Source of the DNA: Diadema antillarum
Taxonomy: Eukaryota
Reading direction: 5' to 3'
DNA: 64,000 bases
Assembly (NCBI RefSeq): GCF_040938485.1
Contig: NW_027271528.1
Coordinates: 1,488,001-1,552,000 of the forward strand
Positions within the stretch are counted from its first letter, which is position 1. Each line of letters starts with the position of its first letter. Shown here one piece after another: positions 1 through 12,437 of the stretch. The notes beneath the pieces were generated by a model that saw nothing but the letters and a program-made list of their open reading frames with translations, was not told the origin of the DNA and ran no database searches. A program made the translations under genes and the position numbers.

Positions 1-1734
1 TTTCCCCCGGAATATTTTTTTTTTTTGGACTTCTGCCTTCTGTTCTGTCGGAGGACATGTTCATGTGTTCTGAGAGAAATGGAAAGCCGGGACAGGGAAA
101 CACTCAAACCCATCATACAGGAGTGGTGCCTGCCAGGCACTCACATAATTACGGATGGATGGGCTGGATCCAATCACCTCCACACATTGGATCATGGTGT
201 CTATCTCCATGACGTCGTCATCCACCAACATCAGTTTGTGGACCCCGTGCATCGGAATATCCATACCAATGGAATCGAAGGGCTTTGGATGCATGGAAGC
301 GAAAGCTTGGCAGACAATACGGCACATACAGGGAGATGTTCCAAGGCTACCTAGATGAATTCATGTTCCGGTGGAAGAGGAGAGGATCGGGGAGATGCGT
401 TCTGAGAGAAATGGAAAGCCGGGACAGGGAAACACTCAAACCCATCATACAGGAGTGGTGCCTGGCAGGCATTCACATAATTACGGATGGATGGGTAGGA
501 TCTAATCAGCTCAACACATTGGATCACAGCGTCTATCTAGACGACATTGTCATCCACCAACATCAGTTTGTGAACCCCGTGCATGGGAATATCCATACCA
601 ATGGAATTGAAGGGCTTTGGAGGCACGTGAAGCGAAAGCTCCGCAGACACATACAGGGAGCTGTTCCCAGGATACCTAGATGAATCTATGTTCTGGTGGA
701 ATCTGATTAGTTCCACACATTGGATCACGGTGTCTATCTCCACGAGGTTGTCATCCACCAACATCAGTTTGTGGACCCCATGCACCGGAATATCCATGCA
801 CGTGAAGCAAAAGCTCCGCAGACAATACGGCACATACAGGGAGATGTTCCAAGGCTACCTTGACGAATTCATGTTCCGTAGGAAGAGGAGAGGATTGGGG
901 GGATGCGTTCTGAGAGAAATGGGCAGGATCTAATCAGCTCCACACATTGGATCACGGCATCTATCTTCACGACGTCGTCATCCACCAACATCAGTTTGTG
1001 GACCCCATGCTTTGGAATATCCATACCAATGGAATCGAAGGGCTTTGGATGCACGTGACGCGAAAGCTTGGCAGACAATACGGCACATACAGGGAGATGT
1101 TCCAAGGCTACCTGGATGAATTCATGTTCCGGTGGAAGAGGAGAGGATTGGGGAGATGCGTTCTGAGAGAAATTGAAAGCCAGGACAGGGAAACACTAGA
1201 ACCCATCATACAGGAGTAGTGCCTGTCAGGCTCCCACATAATTACAGATGGATGGGCTGCATACAATCAGCTCCACACATTGGATCACGGCGTCTATCTC
1301 CATGACGATTCCAGAGAGGATCGGGGAGATGCATTCTGGGAGAAATGGAAAGCTGGGACAGGGAAACACACGAACCCATCATACAGGAGTGGTGCCTGGC
1401 AGGCATTCACATAATTACGAATGGATGGGCTGGATCCAATCAGCTCCACACATTGAATCACGGCGTCTATCTTCACGACGTCGTCACTCACCAACATCAG
1501 TTTGTGGACCTGTGTATCGGAATATCCATACCAATGGAATCGAGGGGCTTTGGATGCATGTGAAGCGAAAGCTCCGCAGACAATACAGCACATACAGGGA
1601 GCTGTTGCCAGGCTACCTGGATGAATTCATGTTCTGGTGGAACAGCAATGCCGACATGTTCGGTCATCTCCTCTGTGCTATTAGAGAGCAGTACTTCGTC
1701 TCTCCATCTCCCCCTTCCTCTTCCTCTTCCTCTC

Positions 1735-4200
1735 TCATGATGCTGAGGCATCCACATAATATGGATGGACGGGCTGCATACAATCAGCTCCATGCTTTGG
1801 ATCACGGCATCTATTTCCATGACGATTCAAAAGAGGATTGGAGAGATGCGTTCCGAGAGAAATGAAAAGCTGGGACAGGAAGACATTCAAACCCATAGTC
1901 CAGGAGTAGTGCCTGCCAGGCATCCACATAATTACAGATGGATGGGATGGATACAATCAGCTCTACACATTGGATCACAGCATCTATCTCCATGACATCG
2001 TCATTCACCAACATCAGTTTGTGGACCCTGTGCATCAGAATATCCATACCAATGGAATCGAGGGGCTTTGGATGCACGCAAAGCGAAAGCTCCGCAGACA
2101 ATACAGCACGTACGGGGAGTCCAGGAGTAGTGCCTGCCAGGCATCCACATAATTACAGATGGATGGGATGGATACAATGAGCTCCACACATTGGATCACG
2201 GCATCTATCTCCACGATGTCATCCACCAACATCAGTTTGTGGACCCTGTGCATTGGAATATCCATACCAATGGAATCGAGGGGCTTTGGATGTACGCGAA
2301 GCGAAAGCTCCGTAGACAATATGGCACATACAGGGAGCCGTTCCTAGGCTACCTGGATGAATTCATGTTTCGGTGGAACAGCAATCATGCCGACATGTTT
2401 GGTCATCTCCTCAGTGCTATCAGGGAGCAGTATCCTGCCTAAATTCCTCACTCCCTCTCCCCCTTCCTCTTCATCTGTCAGGATGTTAAGGCATCCACAT
2501 AATCACAGATGGATGGGCTGCATACAATCAGCTCCACACTTTGGATCACGGCATCTATCTCCACGACGACGTCATTCACCAACATCAGTTTGTGGACCCT
2601 GTGCATCAGAATATCCATACCAATGGAATCGAGGGGCTTTGGATGCACGCAAAGCGAAAGCTCCGGAGACAATACGGCACGTATGGGGAGCTGTTTCCAG
2701 GCTACCTGGATGAATCTATGTTCTGGTGGAACAGCAATGCCGACATGTTCGGTCATCTCCTCAGTGCTATTACAGAGCAGTACCCCGTCTAAATTCCTCT
2801 CTCCATCTCTCTCATGATGCTGAGGCATCCACATAACATGGATGGATGGGCTGCATACAATCAGCTCCATGCTTTGGATCACGGCATCTATTTCCATGAC
2901 GATTCAAAAGAGGATTGGAGAGATGCGTTCCGAGAGAAATGAAAAGCTGGGACAGGAAGACATTCAAACCCATAGTCCAGGAGTAGTGCCTGCCAGGCAT
3001 CCACATAATTACAGATGGATGGGATGGATACAATCAGCTCTACACATTGGATCACAGCATCTATCTCCATGACATCGTCATTCACCAACATCAGTTTGTG
3101 GACCCTGTGCATCAGAATATCCATACCAATGGAATCGAGGGGCTTTGGATGCACGCAAAGCGAAAGCTCCGCAGACAATACAGCACGTACGGGGAGTCCA
3201 GGAGTAGTGCCTGCCAGGCATCCACATAATTACAGATGGATGGGATGGATACAATGAGCTCCACACATTGGATCACGGCATCTATCTCCACGATGTCATC
3301 CACCAACATCAGTTTGTGGACCCTGTGCATTGGAATATCCATACCAATGGAATCGAGGGGCTTTGGATGTACGCGAAGCGAAAGCTCCGTAGACAATATG
3401 GCACATACAGGGAGCCGTTCCTAGGCTACCTGGATGAATTCATGTTTCGGTGGAACAGCAATCATGCCGACATGTTTGGTCATCTCCTCAGTGCTATCAG
3501 GGAGCAGTATCCTGCCTAAATTCCTCACTCCCTCTCCCCCTTCCTCTTCATCTGTCAGGATGTTAAGGCATCCACATAATCACAGATGGATGGGCTGCAT
3601 ACAATCAGCTCCACACTTTGGATCACGGCATCTATCTCCACGACGACGTCATTCACCAACATCAGTTTGTGGACCCTGTGCATCAGAATATCCATACCAA
3701 TGGAATCGAGGGGCTTTGGATGCACGCAAAGCGAAAGCTCCGGAGACAATACGGCACGTATGGGGAGCTGTTTCCAGGCTACCTGGATGAATCTATGTTC
3801 TGGTGGAACAGCAATGCCGACATGTTCGGTCATCTCCTCAGTGCTATTACAGAGCAGTACCCCGTCTAAATTCCTCTCTCCATCTCTCTCATGATGCTGA
3901 GGCATCCACATAACATGGATGGATGGGCTGCATACAATCAGCTCCATGCTTTGGATCACGGCATCTATTTCCATAACGATTCAAAAGAGGATTGGAGAGA
4001 TGTGTTCCGAGACAAATGAAAAGCTGGGACAGGAAGACATTCAAACCCATAGTCCTGGAGTAGTGCCTGCCAGGCATCCACATAATTACAGATGGATGGA
4101 ATGGATACAATCAGCTCCACACATTGGATCACGGCATCTATCTCCATGACATCGTCATTCACCAACATCAATTTGTGGACCCTGTGCATCGGAATATCCA
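1735..4200 (+). repeat. Higher-order repeat, 1077-bp period (two near-identical copies plus a partial third)
   Basis: Whole ORF sets recur at exact offsets: 1735/2812/3889, 1765/2842/3919, 2191/3268, 2541/3618. Copies 1 and 2 differ by only a few substitutions. Confidence 0.9.
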
Positions 4201-6592
4201 TACCAATGGAATCGAGGGGCTTTGGATGCATGTGAAGCGAAAGCTCCGCAGACAATATGGCACACACAGGGAGCTGTTCCTAGGCTACCTAGATGAATTC
4301 ATGTTTCGGTGGAACAGCAATCATGCCGACATGTTTGGTCATCTCCTCAGTGCTATCAGGGAGCAGTATCCTGCCTAAATTCCTCTCTCCCTCTCCCCCT
4401 TACTCTTCATCTGTCAGGATGCTGAGGCATCCACATAATACGGATGGATGGGCTGCATACAATCAGCTCCACACTTTGGATCACGGCATCTATTTCCATG
4501 AGGATTCAAAAGAGGATTGGAGAGATGCGTTCTGAGAGAAATGAAAAGCTGGGACAGGAAGACATTCAAACCCATAGTCCAGGAGTAGTGCCTGCCAGGC
4601 ATCCACATAATTACAGATGGATGGGATGGATACAATGAGCTCCACACATTGGATCACGGCATCTATCTCCACGACGTCGTCATTCACCAACATCAGTTTG
4701 TGGACCCCATGCATCGAAAAATATTCATACCAATGGAATCGAAGGGCTTTGGATGCACGTGAAGAGAAAACTTGGAAGACTATATGGCACATACAGGGAG
4801 CTGTTCCTAGGCTACCTAGATGAATTCATGTTCCGGTGGAACAGCAATCATGACGACATATTCGGTCATTTTCTCAGTGCTATCAGGGAGCTGTATCCTG
4901 CCTAAATTCCTCACTCCCTCTCCCCCTTCCTCTTCCTCTCTCATGATGCTGAGTTCTTGCCATTCAAACGCAATGATAGTCTTTTAAACGTATTTGGTTC
5001 ATTGTAACCTCAAGAATTATAATATGGTAGCTAGTATCCTAAAGTCTCACTTAATAGCACAAAAAATTACATAATTACAGATGGATGGGATGGATACAAT
5101 CAGCTCCACACATTGGATCACGGCATCTATCTCCACGACGTCGTCATTCACCAACATCAGTTTGTGGACCCCATGCATCGAAAAATATCCTTACCAATGG
5201 AATTGAGGGATTATGGATGTACGCGAAGCGAAAGCTCCGCAGACAATACAGCACATAGAGGGAGCTGTTGCCAGGCTACCTGGATGAATTCATGTTCCGG
5301 TGGAACAGCAATCATGACGACATATTCGGTCATTTTCTCAGTGCTATCAGGGAGCTGTATCCTGCCTAAATTCCTCACTCCCTCTCCCCCTTCCTCTTCC
5401 TCTCTCATGATGCTGAGTTCTTGCCATTCAAACGCAATGATAGTCTTTTAAACGTATTTGGTTCATTGTAACCTCAAGAATTATAATATGGTAGCTAGTA
5501 TCCTAAAGTCTCACTTAATAGCACAAAAAATTACATAATTACAGATGGATGGGATGGATACAATCAGCTCCACACATTGGATCACGGCATCTATCTCCAT
5601 GACGATTCGAAAGAGGATCAGGGATATGTGTTCTGAGAGAAATGGAAAGCCGGGACAGGGAAACAATCAAACCCATCATACAGGAGTGGTGCCTGCCAGG
5701 CACTCACATAATTACAGATGGATGGGATGGATACAATCAGCTCCACACATTGGATCACGGCATCTATCTCCACGACGTCGTCATTCACCAACATCAGTTT
5801 GTGGACCCTGTGCATCGGAATATCCATACCAATGGAATCGAGGGACTTTGGATGCACGTAAAGCGAAAGCTTGGCAGACAATATGGCACATAGGCCTACA
5901 GGAAGATGTTCCAAGGCTACCTCGATGAATTCATGTTCCGGTGGAAGTGAAGAGGATCGGGGAGATGCACTCTGAGAGAAATGGAAAGCTGGGACAGGGA
6001 AACACTTGAACCCATCATACAGGAGTGGTGCCTGCCAGGCATTCACATAATTACAGATGGATGGGCTGCATACAATCAGCTCCATATATTGGATTACAGC
6101 GTCCACTTCCACGTCAATTCGTAAGAGGATCGGAGAGATGCGTTCTGAGAGAAATGGAAAGCTGGGACAGGGAAACACTCGAACCCATCATACAGGAGTG
6201 GTGCCTGCCAGGCATTCACATAATTACGGATGGGTGGGCTGCATACAATCAGCTCCATACATTGGATTACAGCGTCCACTTCCACGTCGATTCGTAAGAG
6301 GATCGGAGAGATGCGTTCTGAGAGAAATGGAAAGCCGGGACAGGGAAACACTAGAACCCATCATACAGGAGTAGTGCCTGTCAGGCACCCATATAATTAC
6401 AGATGGATGGGCTGCATACAATCAGCTCCACACATTGGATCACGGCGTCTATCTCCATGACGATTCGAAAGAGGATCGGGGAGATGCGTTCAGAGAGAAA
6501 TGGAAAGCCGGGACAGGGAAACACTCAAACCCATTATACAGGACTGGTGCTTGCCAGGCATTCACATAATTACAGATGGATGGGCTGCATAC

Positions 6593-7198
6593 CCAGTGGG
6601 TAAAGGAACAATCTAAGAAAGTTCGTGATCATGTACCTTCCCGCCACGGGATACGCCACTGCTGGACGAAAATTACTCCCTGATCTCAAACGTCGGGGAA
6701 GTGCCCCATATCCCGACTTCAAACTGCAACGAAGACGTGGGAGAAACAAGTGGTACAGGAAATTCACTCAAACCAGCGCCTCTTCCAACTGGGCAGAAGC
6801 TGCCCAAACGGAAGGCCACGTTGTCGAAAATGGGCACCGACTCCGACACCGAGGACAAACTTTTGGAGGCCATCTCGACCTTGGATGCCCGTCTCTCTGC
6901 GGAAATAGCCGAATTTAGGGCGGAAGTGAAAGCTGTGGAGAATGCCGTCACTTCCTTGACAGAGCTCGTTGAGGGAAAGGGGGGATGATGCAAGAACTTA
7001 CGCGGAACATATTCAAGCTAGCTTCACCTTGGGAGTCAACCACCTGGCTTCATTGCTTGGGAAGCAAAAGAGAAAAATACATCAGGCGTCGTCTCTCCTA
7101 ACCGAACTGATTACTGATGACAGTGAATAACTTTCCCCAGGAATATTTCTTTTTCTTTTGGACTCTGAGTGCCTTCTGTTCTGTCGGAGGACATGTTC
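6593..7198 (+). pseudogene. Foreign ~600-bp module, copy 1: frameshifted 3' end of an unrelated ORF (acidic linker, coiled coil, helical C-terminus)
   Basis: ORF 6701-6988 reads SDTEDKLLEAISTLDARLSAEIAEFRAEVKAVENAVTSLTELVEG. A frameshift at the G-run continues as DDARTYAEHIQASFTLGVNHLASLLGKQKRKIHQASSLLTELITDDSE*. It is not Merlin-like and loosely resembles MADF/BESS-type accessory-protein C-termini. Confidence 0.45.
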
Positions 7199-7480
7199 GT
7201 GCGTTCTGAGAGAAATGGAAAGCCGGGACAGGGAAACACTAGAACCCATCATACAGGAGTGGTGCCTGCCAGGCACCCACATAATTACAGATGGATGGGC
7301 TGCATACAATCAGCTCCACACACTGGATCACGGCGTCTATCTCCATGACGATTCAAAAGAGGATCGAGGAGATGCGTTCTGAGGGAAATGGAAAGCCGGG
7401 ACAGGGAAACACTCAAACCCATTATACAGGACTGGTGCTTGCCAGGCATTCACATAATTACAGATGGATGGGCTGCATAC

Positions 7481-8086
7481 CCAGTGGGTAAAGGAACAAT
7501 CTAAGAAAGTTCGTGATCATGTACCTTCCCGCCACGGGATACGCTACTGCTGGACGAAAATCACTCCCCGATCTCAAACGTCGGAGAAGTGCCCCATATC
7601 CCGACTTCAAACTGCAACGAAGACGTGGGAGAAACGAGTGGTACAGGAAATTCACTCAAACCAGCGCCTCTTCCAATTGGGCAGAAGCTGCCCAAACGGA
7701 AGGCCACGTTGTCGAAAATGGGCACCGACTCCGACACCGAGGACAAACTTTTGGAGGCCATCTCGACCTTGGATGCCCGTCTCTCTGCGGAAATAGCCGA
7801 ATTTAGGGCGGAAGTGAAAGCTGTGGAGAATGCCGTCACTTCCTTGACAGAGCTCGTTGAGGGAAAGGGGGGATGATGCAAGAACTTACGCGGAACATAT
7901 TCAAGCTAGCTTCACCTTGGGAGTCAACCACCTGGCTTCATTGCTTGGGAAGCAAAAGAGAAAAATACATCAGGCGTCGTCTCTCCTAACCGAACTGATT
8001 ACTGATGACAGTGAATAACTTTCCTCAGGAATATTTCTTTTTCTTTTGGACTTTGAGTGCCTTCTGTTCTGTCGGAGGACACGTTC
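7481..8086 (+). pseudogene. Foreign ~600-bp module, copy 2 (tail of a further copy at window positions 1-64)
   Basis: Near-identical to 6593-7198. Bases 1-64 match its 3' end (tttccc..gaatattt..gccttctgttctgtcggaggacatgttc). Confidence 0.5.
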
Positions 8087-9213
8087 ATGCGTTCTGAGAG
8101 AAATGGAAAGCCGGGACAGGGAAACACTAGAACCCATCATACAGGAGTGGTGCCTACCAGGCACCCACATAATTACAGATGAATGGGCTGGATCCAATCA
8201 GCTCCACACATTGGATCAAGGCGTCTATCTCCATGAAGATTCGAAAGAGGATCGGGGAGATGCGTTCTGAGAGAAACTGAAAGCCGGGACACGGAGACAC
8301 TCAAACCCATAGTCCAGGAGTGGTGCCTGCCAGCAGGGAGGTGAGCTGCCAGGCACCCACATAATTACAGATGAATGGGCTGGATACAATCAGCTCCACA
8401 CACTGGATCACGGTGTCTATCTCCATGACGTCGTCATTCACCAACATCAGTTTGTGGACCCCGTGCATTGGAATATCCATACCAATGGAATCAAGGGGCT
8501 TTGGATGTACGCGAAGCGAAAGCTGCGCAGACAATATGGCACATACAGGGAGCTGTTCCTAGGCTACCTGGATGAATTTATGTTTCGGTGGAACAGCAAT
8601 CATGCCGACATGTTCAGTCATCTCCTCAGTGCTATCAGGGAGCAGTATCCTGCCTAAATTCCTCACTCCCCCTCCCCCTTCCTCTTCATCTGTCAGGATG
8701 CTGAGGCATCCACATAATATGGATGGATGGGCTGCATACAATCAGCTCCACACTTTGGATCACGGCATCTATTTCCATGACGATTCAAAAGAGGATTGGA
8801 GAGATGCGTTCCGAGAGAAATGAAAAGCTGGGACAGGAAGACATTCAAACCCATAGTCCAGGAGTAGTGCCTGCCAGGCATCCACATAATTACAGATGGA
8901 TGCGATGGATACAATCAGCTCCACACATTGGATCACAGCATCTATCTCCATGACGTCATCCACCAACATCAGTTTGTGGACCCTGTGCATCAAAATATCC
9001 ATACCAATGGAATCGAGGGGCTTTGGATTCACGCGAAGCGAAAGCTCCGCAGACAATATGGCACATACAGGGAGATGTTCCCAGGCTACCTGATGAATCT
9101 ATGTTCCGGTGGAACAGCAATCACGGCGACATGTTCGGTCATCTCTTCAGTGCTATCAGGGAGCAGTATCCCGTCTAAATTCCTCTCTCCCCCTCCCCTT
9201 TCCTCTCCATCTG

Positions 9214-9336
9214 TCATGATGCCGAGTTCTTGCCATTCAAATGCAATGAGAGTCTTTTAGATATTTTTGGTTCATTGAAACCTCAAGAATTATAAGGTTG
9301 CTACTACCCTAAAGTCTCACTTGATAGCACAAAAAT
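9214..9336 (+). repeat. AT-rich post-stop (3' UTR/flank) module of the Merlin-like element; further copies at ~4943-5067 and ~5407-5531
   Basis: catgatgc(t/c)gagttcttgccattcaaa..cctaaagtctcactt(a/g)atagcacaaaaa occurs three times after the YP(A/V)* stop module. The last copy runs into unique sequence. Confidence 0.75.
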
Positions 9337-9988
9337 CTTCACATTTGTTATATTACCTCTCAATTCATTTGCGGATTTATCAATAATGCCATGTAAAAAA
9401 GCATCATGTACACCAAAGCAGGGACTATGGAGTCCAGACTCAATGATACAGGCCTGCAAAGCAGTGACTGATGGCACACTTGGTCTCCGATTTCGTATTT
9501 TAAATTTCAGGAGCATAATTCCATGCAGAGTGTTTAAAGCATTTGATTTGTGATTTAGCATCATTATTGTTGCAGCCAATAGGTCAAAATTAATCTGTTA
9601 CATGGCAAATTGTTGGTTGAATTGGGACTCTCTAGGACTAATTAATTTGTAGATTGCATTTCAAACAACATGTAAACTTATGCACATGTATTCCAAGCAA
9701 TCTACAATCTTACATTGCTCTAATGAACAATTTCAGAATTTCTTGTAACATATATCATTTTTCTTGCATTTTTTAAAATCTTGAGCAACTTTCCAGTATT
9801 GCTCAAAAAGACAAACATTAATCACTTTACACAAATGTAAAAAGCTTATCACGTTATAACGCAAGTTTTGTATTTCACCGTTCTTGTGATTTTGTAGAGC
9901 TGCAAAGATGCAAGGAAAAGTGTGAATCATTTCACAAATATAAAAAGTTAATATCACGTTACAAAGCAAGTTTTGTATTTCACTAAAA

Positions 9989-10078
9989 CACACATGAGGC
10001 TTTGAAGAGCACTCACTGTAAGATGACTACGGCAATGAGAGAGCAGTGTCCTGACTCAAAATATTGTCTAGATACATG
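9989..10078 (+). repeat. Solo copy of the 84-bp minisatellite unit
   Basis: aggctttgaagagcactcactgtaagatgactac..gtcctgactcaaaatattgtcta at 9997 matches the units at 14311, 14395 and 14479. Confidence 0.9.
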
Positions 10079-10196
10079 TAGCCCAAGTGGCTATGAGCAC
10101 ATAAAATCAGCAACAGCACAGTAGTTTTTCCTAGTTGACCTGTGATGCAAAGTTGGACGCAATCTTCAGTTGGTTTTCACAAAATAGTATTCGAGG

Positions 10197-10781
10197 ATGG
10201 AGACAGAAGACACAGAAATGTCCATCCACGATATTAAGCTCTGGACGGTTGACGCACTGAAGGCGTTTCTTCGTCAGAGGAACTTGAAAGTGAGCAGCCA
10301 TAAGGAGGAACTCGTGGCTTCAGTGTTCGCTGCCAAAACAATGCCGGAGCTTTTGGCGCCAGGTACCTTAGCAGCTGTTGCAGACCTGCAGAAGAGACAG
10401 CATTGTGGATACCTTCTCAAGACGCCGTTTGGAAAGCTACCTGATCCCCAGGAATTACAAGACTGGGAGTCTGAATCAGACTCGATAACCAAGTGGCCAC
10501 CCACAATGACTTTCGAGATATGCAATTTTCTTCAGAGCATCGATGATATCCCGCTATGGAAAAGACTAATTTCAGACTACAAAGATCAGAAAGCATACAG
10601 CTATTTCGCATCTGGATGGATGAATGAAATTGAGTACCATGCCATTGCCCCTGACAGCAAATACTGTTTCCTAAGAGCAAAGTGCACACCTTCACAGCGC
10701 ATTCGTGGTATCCCTCATAGCATGTGGGATGCTGTAGAGAAAGAGAGCGGAGCAGATTACGCAGAGATATGTGATGAGTAA
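10197..10781 (+). pseudogene. Truncated transposon-associated ORF: SAP-like N-terminus and the region preceding a SWIM finger (YqaJ/lambda-exonuclease-associated type)
   Basis: WTVDALKAFLRQRNLKVSSHKEELVASV is SAP-like. KAYSYFASGW..YCFLRAKCTPSQR..PHSMW..VEKESG is typical of the segment directly before the A-x-C-x-C SWIM motif, but the ORF diverges and stops there. Confidence 0.6.
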
Positions 10782-12437
10782 GATGTTCAATTGTCTTCAG
10801 AAGAAAGAAAATTTGTTTGTAATCTAGTCTCTGTTTCAGACCTACAGGAAGGCAGGTCGTTGAATAAATATGCTGTTAACAGCATTGATATTATCCATGT
10901 AAATTTATCATTCTTCTGCATTCTATATTCGCTGTCGTGAATATTGGGTTCTTTTCTAACTTATGGAAATTTGTTGATGATTGGTGTTTATGTGATTACC
11001 TAACCCCTGACCAGTACAGAGAAAAGCTAACAGAACAGACCAATATTTATCCGCCTCTGTACATTATCGGTCACCTCTTGAGACAATTTGGGGTTGGGGG
11101 GGGGGGGGGGGTTAGACTGAACTCACAACCTTCGCGTTATCAGCACGATGCTCTCATATTTTTGTGTTAAGTGTAATATACTGTAACCACCCTATGGTAC
11201 AATAGGTTAGAGAGGGAGACTAGCTTCTCTTGGAATCTATTATGACGTAAATTTTACCTCCTTACATTTCCTTATTGTCTGCTTAACTGCTCATACTTAT
11301 ACTTATCTCCAACCTTACTACGTTTAGCTACTAGAGTGTATACGTCAGTGTCAAAGAATCTCAATTTGCTTTGGCGATCCAGCTATCTTTGTCCCTGTGG
11401 AAGCATAACACTACTTCAGACAAGGTTTAGTGGCATCTATTATTACAACAATAGATGACATTGATCGATTTATCATTATTATGTCATACTTGAAATATTC
11501 TCTGAAACTTAGCGATTATCGTTAGGTATCACTTACCAATGTTGACACTATAGTCAATGTATCCAGTAGTTGTCATTGATGATGAATAGACTTTTATAGG
11601 CTCCATTAGTTTCACGTTGATAACTTTGATAATTATTGTTATAGAGTTGGAAACTTCGTTGTGAGGTATTATCAGGAAATTCCCTTCATGATAAATCCAT
11701 GTGTTTAACGGTTTGACATTTCCTTAGAATAACGGAGCTGCTAGAAAAGTACGTGTTTCTCCTTCAGAAGTAACCTTGAAATGACAGAGTTTACGTAGTT
11801 TGTCGTTTACGCATTACACATTACGCGCGTCCTATAGCGGACAGTGCGCGTAGACTGTACAGTGCGGAGTTTTATGCATGAAAGCAGAGGTTGACCTGCC
11901 GTATCCAAAACCTAGAATATCAAAACTCATATTATTGTTTAAATTCAATCTTATACACTGAGGAAAGTATCTGGTTACCGACATAAATGATAATTCCACG
12001 GAAGTCTTTGATTGGATTAACGTACAAATATTTCAATTCTATGAATTAAGACATGTTATGACGGATCGGTTGTAAGCCCGTGTATAGCTATGTATTGGAG
12101 GCATGTATTGACGTGCATTATACGGTAGTGAGGTTCGGGGAAATTTCCTCGTTTTTGGCCGTACAGTTTGAATTTGAAGATTCTTTGGAATAATTATAGT
12201 AATAATCTGAGAAAGAATGTTTTTCTCTTCTCTTTGATGTATGTGTAGCATTATAGGCTATTCCAGTTTTTAATATTAAGGAAGTTTTGGTAGTCAAAGA
12301 AACACACTTTAGTTCGCACTGGCAATTCTACGTGTCGAACGTACGGACTCCGCGTCCGCGTAGGAGTGCTCTCTCCAACGTCCACATAAGGTGTATAAAT
12401 ACCGTAAAATTTTAGGCAGCTTGGGAGAGCGGGGGAG

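Larger units (their letters stand above)
6460..8235 (+). repeat. Higher-order repeat, 888-bp period (Merlin fragment plus foreign module)
   Basis: ORFs recur at +888: 6570/7458, 6625/7513, 6701/7589, 7158/8046. Confidence 0.9.
1..9336 (+). repeat. Tandem array (satellite) of degenerate Merlin/ISXO2-like DDE transposase C-terminal fragments
   Basis: Dozens of short ORFs repeat one consensus: (F)[131 protein letters not shown]. This matches the ISXO2/Merlin pattern (T-L-x-P-I-I..PGT-x-I-x-(S/T)D-x-W-x-AY, H..FVDP..HTN-x-IE-x-x-W..YL-x-EF). About 17 HQHQFVDP modules and about 30 IITDGW modules counted by eye. Copies carry stops and frameshifts, and the array runs off the window start. Confidence 0.9.

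Noticed and set aside
25-9260. The many overlapping small ORFs as real genes
   Set aside because: They are alternative-frame and antisense shadows of the same repeated module.
1-9336. CRISPR-like or repeat-spacer array
   Set aside because: Units are 170-460-bp pieces of one transposase CDS with no unique spacers, no short palindromic repeat and no cas genes.
1-9336. Bacterial IS1595 contamination or recent horizontal transfer
   Set aside because: The ISXO2 domain is shared with eukaryotic Merlin transposons, and the array is contiguous with eukaryotic TE relics and spliceosomal genes.
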